Below, in pieces: positions 23,505 to 34,196 of a stretch of 38,165 nt of DNA. The stretch is from Nemertoderma westbladi (taxonomy: Eukaryota; Animalia; Xenacoelomorpha). Made by a program: the position numbers and the translations under genes. The notes below the pieces were generated by a model, which was not told the origin of the DNA, searched no databases, and was given only the letters and a program-made list of their open reading frames with translations. The stretch spans positions 1-38,165 of the forward strand of contig JAUCBJ010003868.1 in assembly GCA_032718475.1 (NCBI GenBank), written 5' to 3'. Every line of letters begins with the position of its first letter. Within the stretch, counting starts at the first letter, position 1.

Positions 23505-25302
23505 AAATATTATTAGATCGAGCGAACTCGGACAGTGGAAATGAGACCCTTCCAGGCTTCCCGATTCTCCATAGTTGTCGCAATTTCGTTTCTCCCAAGT
23601 TCAGTATCCCTTTCAAGTTGATCTATATATGTTATGGCCGGTCGTCCACGACTACGCTTTCCATGAGTTGGTTGCCAGAAAAGTAGATCTGGTATGACCT
23701 CGTCGTACTACGCCAGCAGTGCCCACTGAATCTTAATCTATGCGTTCACGGAGGGTGGTTGATACAGGTGGTATTGTACCATAAAGCTCGGCGTTTGTCA
23801 TGTGTTGTCTCCAGCTGATGTTTAGGGCTGCCCGTAGTAGTCTTGTGTAGCAACCATCAATTCGTTGTTCAAGTGATTTAGTCAGTTTCCAGGTCTCTCC
23901 CCCGTATACAAATACACTTTCCACCGTGGCTCGAAAGAACTTAGTCTTCAGATTTTGATAGAGCTACCCAAGCTTTTGCTTTCCTAACTTCTATGTCCTT
24001 TTTGCTACTCTCTATCCATGATCCTAGGTACTGTAAGTCATCGACCTTCCTTAGTTGATTATTATCAATGGTTGTCAAGTTTCCATCAACATAAGTCATG
24101 AATTCGGTCTTGGTAGCATTTACTGTATATGCAATCCAACCTCCTTAGCAGCCCTCTCCACTTTATTTAGTAGAAGCTGTGCATCTGCTAGCGTATTAGA
24201 GAGCAGGGCGATTTCATCCGCAAAGTCGGTGTCTGTGACTGTAGTTGCCGGATATCTATTACTTCTGCGTTCTTGAAGTGTGAATTCCAGATCTTCACCC
24301 TTTGTGGCCGTCCTCATTTCGTAATCCAGCACAATTACAAATAGTAATGGTGCTAATGTGTCACCTTGCAGTACGCCAGCCAGGATTGAGAAAAACTCAG
24401 TTTCACCATCTGGTGAGTACCTGCGCTTCTGTGTCACAATATAACAATCCAATGCCAGCAACAATTACTTCTGGTATTCCATAAGCTCTTCGGATTTCCA
24501 GCATTTTATCTCTATGGATGGAGTAATGCTTTCTTGAAGTCCACAAAAAGTCATGACTGCGTGGAGATTCTTTGACTTAATTCCCTCAATCAGTCTCCGT
24601 AGTGCAAGTATCTGAGCTATTGTTGATCTACTTGGTCGAAACCCGTTTTGGCTCTTACGCAGTAGTTTCTCAATGTGAGGCCTAATCCTATATAGAATCA
24701 TTTTGTTGTATATTTTGGCAGCTACCGCAAGCAGACAGTTCCCACGATAGATTATTGGTATACCGAGGTCTCATTTCTTATGGAGAGGCTTAGTCGACCT
24801 TTATTCCAAATTGGTGGTGGCTTTCCCCTTTCAGCATTTGGTTGCAAACATCCAATCATGGTCTGTTTAGCACTCCTGTTTTCCATACCTCTAGGGATTT
24901 CATCTACTCGCTTTATGATTGGACATGCTTTTAATGCTTCTTTGAGTTCGGCTGGTGTGAAGTCCCTTGTTTCTATAGGTAGCCTCTTGTCATATATTTT
25001 CCTTGTTAGGGCTGACCTCCATGTTTCGTGGCTGCCCAAGCAAGTTGCTGAAGTGATCTTTCCATTTCCCAACACGTTCTTCAGGACTATCAGCTTAGAG
25101 GCGCCCTTTTGCATAACTTTTCCGACCAGATACCTCATTTACAGTTTGCCAGGTAAGTCTTGATTGTTGCTGTATGTGAGCAGTTGTAATTGCTTCAGTT
25201 TTATCCTGTATGTACTTCTCCTGGCTGATGTTGTGTAGGCCAATTTAAGATCTTCCTTAGCTTTCTCAACCTTGTTAATGTTTTCGGTTGTTAGTTGTTC
25301 GA
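23505..25302 (-). mobile_element. RTE-clade LINE, 5'-truncated and frameshifted (RT and C-terminus)
   Basis: SQNGFRPSRSTIAQILALRRLIEG, GVLQGDTLAPLLF, DFADEIALL, VESVFVYGGETW..RLLRAALNISW, FSGHCWRS, WQPTHGKRSRGRPAITYIDQL; stop at 23513-23515. Confidence 0.93.
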
Positions 25303-25949
25303 TTTAGCATAAGCTTAATGTCGCGCCCTTGAGCCTTACTATAACGGACAATCGCCCCGTAAACTCAATATCACCCTGTAAACTTAATGTCACGCCATTT
25401 ATTATTATTACATGTAGACATTCCCTTACATTCCTCCCTGTCATTATATTGTTGGCACCTTTTGTATAATTATGTAGGTTTCCAACCACATTCCATACAT
25501 ACACACGGCCATCCCTGTACACACTATTGCCCCCCCCCCCCCCCCCCCCCCTTGTATTATGTATTCGCTGCCATTCGGTTGCTGTTGACCTCCACCATTG
25601 TACCATGTATTGCTTGCATTCTATTGGACTACTTGTTAATTAACAGCTCAGCCTGTACTTTCCCTACGTAGTGGTTTGTGTATAAATACTAAATAGTGGT
25701 ACACCCGTTGCTTATTTAATTATTGTCGTTGTACTTGTCCTTGTTTTTAGTTACCGTGTTAATTCAGATTTCCTGCCGGCTTTTATTTATTATTTTCCAA
25801 ACGAAACGAAATAAACATTTTATTTGGGTATTTGGTTTATTTTTGTTTGCGTTTCTGGGGAATATGCCTCTTCAATGATTCCTTGTGGGCTTTTATTATA
25901 TTCCGGTATATTGAATCGGTAAACTGGTCTTCATCATTAGTAGGAGTTT

Positions 25950-26236
25950 AGGCGGCTATGTGACAGTTGAACCCAACTGACACAGTACGGGTGTCATTGA
26001 GTGTCATTGACGCCACACTGTCTGGGTGACATCTCCTAATTAGGCTAATTAGACCCTAATTGGCAGGTGCATTCAAATAATTAGTACAATTACACCCTAA
26101 TACTGTAAGTGTCTTATGACACCTCATTAGGGTTTAATTGATTATCCTAATTAATCAGACCGATTATCGCCCTGACACACAATGACACCCATAGATAGGG
26201 TTTCAGTTCGGTCCAACTGTCTGTCACAAAGCCGGC
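25950..26236. mobile_element. Degenerate MITE-like element
   Basis: CGGCTATGTGACAGTTGAACCCAACTGA versus TCAGTTCGGTCCAACTGT(CTGT)CACAAAGCCG; internal GTGTCATTG/CAATGACAC and CCTAATT repeats. No TSD resolved. Confidence 0.55.
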
Positions 26237-26487
26237 CAGGATGTGTCATTGGTGACACCTCTTCCCTTTTATTTATTGGTATTGATTTAATTCTATTTAT
26301 TTTATTTTATTGTATTACTTTTTACTTTATTTAATTGTATTACTTTATTTAATTTATAAATTGATTTCTATTTTTAGATTTTATCCCAAACAGAAGTAAT
26401 CATAAAAAGCAATTTAACTTTGAAACCAGTAGTAACTCTAACAAACGCAACCGACCCTTGGGTTACTTAGGCCCAACATCTAGTCGG

Positions 26488-27065
26488 TCTGAGGCAGCCC
26501 TAAAGTCGCGGGCTTCTGAGGCAGCCCTAAAGTCTCGGGTTTAAGGTCTTCTCGGGTTTAAGGTCTGAGCCAGACCTAAAGTCTCGGGTTTAAGGTCTGA
26601 GGCAGCCCTAAAGTCTCGGGTTTAAGGTCTGAGGCAGCCCTAAAGTCTCGGGTTTAGGTCACAGAGGCATCCCTAAAGTCTCGGGTTTAAGGTCTGAGGC
26701 AGACCTAACGTCTCGGGTTTAAGGTCTGGGGGCAGCCCTAAAGTCTCGGGTTTAAGGTCTGAGGCAGCCCTAAAGTCTCGGGTTTAAGGTCTGAGGCAGA
26801 CCTAAAGTCTCGGGTTTAAGGTCTGAGGCAGCCCTAAAGTCTCGGGTTTAAGGTCTGAGGCAGCCCTAAAGTCTCGGGTTTAAGGTCTGAGGCAGCCCTA
26901 AAGTCTCGGGTTTAAGGTCTGAGGCAGCCCTAAAGTCTCGGGTTTAAGGTCTGAGGCAGACCTAAAGTCTCGGGTTTAAGGTCTGAGGCAGCCCTAAAGT
27001 CTCGGGTTTAAGGTCTGAGGCAGACCTAAAGTCTCGGGTTTAAGGTCTGAGGCAGCCCTAAAGAC
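26488..27065 (+). repeat. 32-bp minisatellite, about 17 copies
   Basis: Unit TCTGAGGCAG[C/A]CCTAAAGTCTCGGGTTTAAGG, head-to-tail; degenerate on the left, homogeneous on the right. Confidence 0.97.
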
Positions 27066-29419
27066 TCAGAATGAAATACGGAATTTTGCGAAATGAATTA
27101 TTGAAGTCACAGGTTATGGATTTATGGAATCTACATAAAATTCTGCTCTACAGTAGATGGGTAAATCTTAAAACAAATTGAGGAACAAATATTTCAAAAT
27201 TTGTGCAAAAATTTGAAAAATAGCATGACCGGTTCGAAAAATTCCATCAAAAATGGGATATTGATTTTTGGAAAATTTTGAATTAATTATGTTGGACCTC
27301 CTTAATGAATATATTGAATTTATCAATTTAACATTCGGAGAAAAATATCAGATTTGGTGCTGGAAGTATTTCCGCTGTTTAAAAATCAATTACATATAAT
27401 ATGGTATGGTGTATAAGTATTTTTTTTTAAAGTATAAATAATAATATTTTGCTGAGAACGTAAACATACATAGTGGTTTAAATCGGAGGGGCAGAAATAT
27501 AAATTTGGCTCGCAATAACTTAATATGGTGTAACAATAATTTAATTTGGTGCTTAGAAATATAATATAAGAACATGACATACGCTCGATTCTAAAAAAAA
27601 TTATATAAAACTGAATTAAATGCACTGAATTCAAAATCAGAACTATCAGACTTAGATCATAAATAAATCAGCTGCAGTATAAAGGAACAGTATTACAGTA
27701 TTAGAATGTAAGAATTTAAATTTAGGCAACTAACGAGAAAAAGGAATAGTAAAAAATAAAATAAGCACTGAAATGTAGACCCATTCTTACAAAGGTCATC
27801 TTTATAGATTCAGGTGAAAAAATTAATGAAGATAAATATTTATGATAGGCCTAAAGTGGTAGCCTACTGTATGAGATGCAGCGGGTATCGGCTTATCGAT
27901 AGCAAATACACCATGTCCCGGAATATCGCGTAGTTATTCAGTGACATACCCAACACCCCCCCTCACAAAATTTACTACAAATCTTAATGAGATTGCATGA
28001 AACTTGAGCAGAGATATATAGTCTCACCTCCCTCCTCCTTACTGGGTCCAGAATTTTTATGGTTGCTTTCATTCTTTATCTTCGGTGTCTCCGTAGATAA
28101 AGAATATATATAATTAAAAAAAGGTGTCTTGGATGGATAATTGCACCAGTCGCCATGCTTTTATTCTTCAACATTATAGCGATTTGTGGGTACCGATTGA
28201 AAGCTGTACAGTACAAGCATTCCAAATATGTGGAAACATTAGAATTTGGTTGCGAAATAGCTGAGATATGAGCGTTCGAAAGTCGCAAGATTTGATTCCG
28301 CTACAGGCAATTTATTCCCATATTCTGGAATATGGGGCGAGCCCCGCACGCGAGCCTTAACGCACAAGTTAATTAGTAAATATGGCAAAATTTCATGTCC
28401 GTCTGTCTGTCCTGTGTAATGAAAAAATTCATTGGTAAATAACTTTTGAAGATTTTACCCATTTTCAACCAAATTTTCTATGGGCATATTAGAGAAAAAG
28501 TTCCAATATTTTTTAATGTTACAGGCAACTACCTCTCGAAATTTTGACTCCAGATCAAATCGAACTTGTTTCGAACTTGCTAAAGTTCGCGTGCTGCGCG
28601 ACGCCCCACGAACGTGTTTATTTTATGTATAAATAGCTACCGGGTACGTGAGGTAATAACATATAGGTATTGCATCGATGCTCTGCGACTTATCAGAATA
28701 TTGCGTATTAATTAAACGCATATAAATTTAATTTGTCACTAAAACAATTAAGTACTGATGTTTCCCCAAAAATGTTTGTCACTAAAATATAACAATTATC
28801 ACTAAAATGTATTTTTTATCATCAAAAATATAACTGGAATCTGTTCTACTCTATGTAATTGCGTTTATTGTTTTGGTATCAATAACGTGCCACTGCGTCT
28901 TTACCATATTCAGGGATAATTAATAGATAATTTATATTTTATAGTTATAAATATAATTAATATATTTAGTGGAAATATATATATTTAGTGATTTCTCTGT
29001 TGAAAATTAGAGAAAAATTATTATTTTAGTAGGTCTAACTATATACGCCATTGTTCATAAAATAGCACATTATAGCGTTACGGCACGAGAGATTTTGTTA
29101 CCCAAGCGACAGCGAAGGAAATAATAGAACGAGGGCCGTAAAAGCTTTTGTTAAATTATGTCAACTTAACAGCGCTCTGGTGAATTACTCGTAACGCTGC
29201 AAAGTACTACTTTGCAGCGTTGCGGCCTATAGGACGGAACGCTGCAAAGTAATCAATAACATGGAAACAACTTCAATTACCGTATTCCAGAATGTATTAT
29301 TTTCATTTATGTTAATGGGTGCTGCTTTATTATCCAGTTTGCAGTGACGGGACTAGCTAATGAATGTAAATAATTGTGGGGCGAGCGACGAAAGTAAGCG
29401 AACTTAGAGCATACAGGTA

Positions 29420-30389
29420 AACCTGAATGATGCAGTGGATATCACTGAAAAGTTCCTTTCCGAAGTTCGAGCATGGATGAACTCACATCTTTTAAAGATG
29501 AACTCAGATAAGACTAAAGTGGTCATGCTGCAGTCGCAATTCGGTAAACAAGTTGAATCCCCGCACGTGATAATCGGTTCCGAGACTATTGGTTGTAGCG
29601 CAACTGCGCGTAATATCGGTGTTGAAATCGATTCTCATCTGACACTCCGCAAGTACATTGGAATTACTGTCAGAGAAGCATTCTATCACCTCAGGAATCT
29701 TGGAAAAATTAAGCGCTATTTATCCAAAGATAATCTTGAGATTATGATTCATGCGCTTGTCACAAGTAAATTGGACAACTGCAACTCCCTTTATTACGGT
29801 CTTCCGACTGATTCCATTAAAAAGCTACAATATGTGCAGAACTGTGCGGCGCGTCTTTTAGTTGGTCTCAAGAAAAGTGACAGGCAACGAATGACCCCTG
29901 TACTAATGCGACTACATTGGCTTCCAGTGCAACGTCGGATAGACTATAAAATTGCTATGATTACTTACAAGTGTCTGAATGGAACAGCACCAGTATATCT
30001 GCGAGATCTACTGTCACCCTACACGCCCTCCCGGTCACTGAAGTCATCCCACTACGAACTGCTGGTGATCCCTAGATTCAACATGGTGCACTACGGCAAG
30101 CGCGCTTTCTCAGTTGCTGCCCCGACTATTTGGAACAAACTGCCAATCAACGTTCGACAATCACCAACCATCGCGGTTTTTAAGTCAAGGCTAAAAACAC
30201 ACTACTTCCACCTGGAGTACGAGTAAATCTGCATAATCATGTTCACACGATGTTATCAATGTCCGTTTTTAATTAAACTGTCTTTATCTAATTTTTTAGC
30301 AATCCTACATTTTAACAGTGCCATGCGCCTTGCTCTTAATTTAGGAAAGGCGCTATATAAATATTTTAATTATTATTATTATTATTATT
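29420..30389 (+). mobile_element. L2-clade LINE, 5'-truncated, intact C-terminal ORF2 segment (263 aa)
   Basis: WMNSHLLKMNSDKT, ARNIGV.IDS.L, IHALVTSKLDNCNSL, LQYVQNCAARL, LHWLPV..RIDYK, YGKRAFSVAAPTIWNKLP; 3' GCGCCTT..AAGGCGCTATATAA and (TTA)n; AGGTA duplicated at 29415-29419 and 30390-30394. Confidence 0.93.
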
Positions 30390-30439
30390 AGGTACCACTA
30401 ACTCAATCGGTGTTTCTGTTGTTCTGTTGTGTTCAATTT

Positions 30440-30772
30440 ATTTAATATTTAACATTGGAGGTGTCTCATTGGTTGCCCCCAAGCTTGACACTCGAACAAA
30501 ATCGCCTCCGCTCTGCAGGACATTGTTTTCGCCGCGAGGACCAACCAGTGCATATTCTTGTGCTTTGGCAGCCTCATGGAGTGAATAAGCATGGTGGACA
30601 GCCCATGACTTTCTTGAGACACATCTTAAAGGACAATGGCCTTGAAGATGCGGAAGATCTAGCAAATGTCATGGGTGATAGGGAGTTGTGGCGGCGCAAT
30701 TTTGTCGACAAGCCGGCACAGCATTCTTAAAAATGCAGCTGCAATGCAGCATGCCGTTGCGTTCCTAAGTAA
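30440..30772 (+). mobile_element. RTE-clade LINE 3' fragment
   Basis: RLRSAGHCFR...LVLWQPHG....GGQP..F...L..VMGDRELWR; TAAG tail; 9-bp TSD GTTCAATTT (30431-30439, 30773-30781). Confidence 0.85.
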
Positions 30773-31985
30773 GTTCAATTTTAAACGTTAATAACTCAGC
30801 CAAATGTTAATGAAATTTAACCAAACTTGGTACACATGTAGTGTAGTCTGGCCAAAGTTTAGAAATTTTCAAAGTTGAATTTCCGTGTGGCCTTCGAGAA
30901 GCTAAGATAATAGCAGTTAATTAGTTAATTATGTTGATTAGGATAAAAACAGCAATTTCAACTGCCTTCTTAAAGGATATTAATTATTTTCTAGTATAAG
31001 ATTAAAATAACTATACTTCATTTATTGGCTTTAAGAAATGTGTTTTTAATTGATCTAAACGTAATTTAAGTTAAAATGCATTCCATCACTCTATACTTCC
31101 AGCTCCATCATTCCTTGGCATTCTTGATATTGCCTATTAGATGGGAAACATTCCAATCATCCTCCCACTGTGCTTGCTCTATCTTGTACAATGATTGGCT
31201 GAATTTAATTGTGATTATTTAGATATTAAATGCTAAATGATTTCGTTGAGGCATTGAGATGATAAATTAATATTTCAGTATCAATACTATCGGCATAAGG
31301 TAAGTTTTAATAATAATTTATACAAATAGGGTTGCCTCCGCACCTAAAAATATATTACTTTTAAAACACTAATTTCCTGTTAATACCTCTGCATTTCATT
31401 AATCCGTTGTGCTCCTTTGCGGTTGGGATGGTGCAGATTAAGAGGGCGGTTGAAGCGAGGGGGGAACTTTCCTCTCTTCTTTGATTCATTCTTATTGGCG
31501 TTTTGGTTAAATTTTCTTAATTATTTATTTAAATTTATTAAGTACCGATTTTGGGATAGAATTGCTCAATTTTAATCTGTATCTAATAACTGAGCCTCGT
31601 CCTGCGCGATGGCCCCACGAACGTGTTTAACGTGTACTGTAATCCATTATGACGAAACGTCCAATAGAAGACACTTTAGAGAAAATGACCAAAGAAAATG
31701 GCGACAGTGTTCAGTAAAACCGAACGGACACAGACGGTGACTAAGTTAGCTTCAGTCGACTATAATCAAGATGGGTTAATGATCATCACATCCATGAAGG
31801 AGATAACTTCCAATAAACTTTAATTAGATTTAAATGTATAATTAATACTGTGTACTGTGTAATGCTAATTTCACTTATATTAGATATAGTACATGATTAA
31901 AATGTATAAATGAGTATCCATAAAATCCATCTTCACATACCGAACGCTGATCAGTTGACATAATGTAACAAAATTACATAGGGCC

Positions 31986-32126
31986 TACATCATTGCTTGC
32001 AAAGCTCACTTTTCAGCGTTAAAGACCCTTGTTTATTTATGAAAACCGCCCTCGCTGTGCTCGCTCGGTACATAAATAAACTCGGGTCATAACGCTGCAA
32101 AGTGCTACTTTGCAAATAATGATGTA
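31986..32126. mobile_element. Palindromic non-autonomous element (Crypton-like, tentative); relatives at ~29050-29260 and ~32590-32740
   Basis: Arms TACATCATT..TTGCAAAG..CACTTT.CAGCGTTA..GACCC..GTTTATTTATG and inverse around CCTCGCTGTGCTCGCTCGG; the AAAGT[G/A]CTACTTT motif is shared by all three. Confidence 0.6.
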
Positions 32127-33423
32127 AATAGTTATTATTCCAAAATTGTAACAATACTCAACGCCGTTAGTATTTACAGCGAGTTGTTATTTAGCACTTT
32201 ACAACTTTAGAGGACATTATTTATAGCATTGTATTGGCCTGTACATTTAGTATTGTATTTGGTGTTATTAAATAAGTTGTGTCCCCTTAGTGGACATTAC
32301 TTAATGCCGTCATTAGTTACCACGTAAACAATAGGTTGAAATTTGCTTGACAGCCAGAAAGGCCTACTGCATTACCTACCGGTAGGCGGGGTATAGCTAT
32401 TAATAACCAGTAGCTACAGTATATTATTAACATGGCTCTAACCGCCACCATAAATATAAGCTAACTTATTTATAGCATAATTTATGTCATTTTTACATTT
32501 ATTTATACAGCAACTAATTTAATTTGTGCAGTTTCTATCACTTATAATATATTTACAATCATTTCGTAATGTTAAAATTTTGGAATAAAACTACATACAT
32601 AGGCCTAATTGTTGCAAAGTACTTTACACTGTTCTGATCCTCGTGGCTTTATTTTCACTCACTCACTAACGTTCGTTCGTGAAACATTCAGATCATAACA
32701 CTGTAAAGTGCTACTTTACACACAAGTATGTAAATAGTTAAAGTGCTAATTATGAACAATGGGGAATCTAATTTTATTTATTTGTGGGGAATTATTTATA
32801 GTTATGGACTCAAACTTTCTAGAACAACCTAATAATGACGCGGTGAGATACTGTATGTAAACTGGAATTACATAGTAAAATGTATGGCGTAGGGACATAC
32901 TAAGAAATAATGTCGCACTGCGATATAAAGCTGGAAAATATGTCGCCCTGGCCTGGCGATTTGATGGTGCGAAATTAATTCCGCACAAATAAAAAAATAA
33001 ATTAATGCCTTTATTAAAATTCTAGTAAATGAAAATTAGAACACCCATATCTTAGCTACACAAATACATACCAACTTAAAATGTTTTTACATATTTTGAA
33101 TATTTGCATTGCCAGAATTCCTTTGGTACCAAAAAAACGCACTCTAAGTTTGAAGAATAGATGAGTGTAAAGTTTAAAACTGGTGCAATATCGACGGTGC
33201 TAACTCGTCTGTTGTACGCCTGTAGCTAAAGATTTAAAGCAAAAATAAAAATGCTGACTCACCCAGTAAGGAGGAGGGATGTGAAACTCTTTATTTCAAA
33301 TTTCATGCAATTTCATTATGATTTGTATAAAAATTGGGGGGGGGGGGGGGGGGGGGGGGTCACTGAATTAGAATACTATAATATTCCGCAGCATGCAGTA
33401 TTGTATATAAATGTAATGTTAGG

Positions 33424-33836
33424 CAGAGGCGTAGCGACGGGGGGGGGGGGGGGACGTTCCCCGGGCGTACTCAACCAGGGGCGCTGAAATGTCATGGAAT
33501 TCTTGTAAAAACAGGACAAATCAGTGAAAATTCAGGGATTGTGATACAGTACAGGACATGTGTCATAAGCGAAGATGTGGAAAAAAATTATCTGCCCGTT
33601 TCGCTTGCCATTCTATATATTATAAGTACATTCTATCAAACTTGTGTAAAATAGATTTGATATAGTTATACAGTATACTGTTAGTTATACAGTATACTGT
33701 TAGGTATACAGTATAATATTTAAGAAAACAGCGTCATAAAAGAAAAGTTAAAATTATTGAAGGTATGGGGGGGGGGGGGGTGGGGGGCATCTCAGCATCA
33801 TTCCCCTGGGCGCCAGAAGGGCTCGCTACGCCTCTG
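33424..33836. mobile_element. hAT-like MITE
   Basis: 14-bp TIR CAGAGGCGTAGCGA / TCGCTACGCCTCTG, subterminal poly-G and CCCC.GGGCG motifs; TTAGG on both flanks (5 bp only). Confidence 0.8.
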
Positions 33837-34196
33837 TTAGGTAAGGGTGTACTAGACTAGACATTGGTCAACATGGACTGACTGCACGCACATGAACAAT
33901 ATGCATCTGATGTTAAGTACAATAACCATTGACTATAAAATTGCACGACCGTAGTATTGATAACGAATTGTAATAAAAAAAAAACTGCATAAATTTGCAT
34001 CATCTAATATTATCAGGGACTCCGCACTCAGGGACGGGTAAATTTGTATTTTATTATAACCCAATTTATCTTTCAAGATCAGCTTAAAGTTATTACCGAC
34101 TCTAACCTATGAAGTTGAACCGATAAAGTCGTTGCGAATAAATTCGTATAGCTACTGACCATCAACGGGGATGCAATAGCCTTCCTGGGCGGGGAA

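Larger units (their letters stand above)
29376..31018 (+). repeat. Second copy of the 10874-11250 repeat, interrupted by two LINE insertions
   Basis: The segments TGTGGGGCGAGCGACGAAAG..CATACAGGTA | AGGTACCACTAA..GTGTTCAATTT | GTTCAATTTTAAACGTTAATAA..GGCCTTCGAGAAGCTAAGATAATAGCAGTTAATTA are collinear with the uninterrupted copy. Confidence 0.8.

Noticed and set aside
26488-27065. CRISPR-like 32-bp repeat
   Set aside because: Contiguous tandem units with no unique spacers.
27065-28620. Probable TE-derived sequence
   Set aside because: Looks repeat-like but no paired termini or TSD could be resolved by eye.
31650-31825. Short ATG-led ORFs (MTKRPIEDT.., MATVFSKTE..)
   Set aside because: Under 45 aa, no recognisable homology or clear splice signals.
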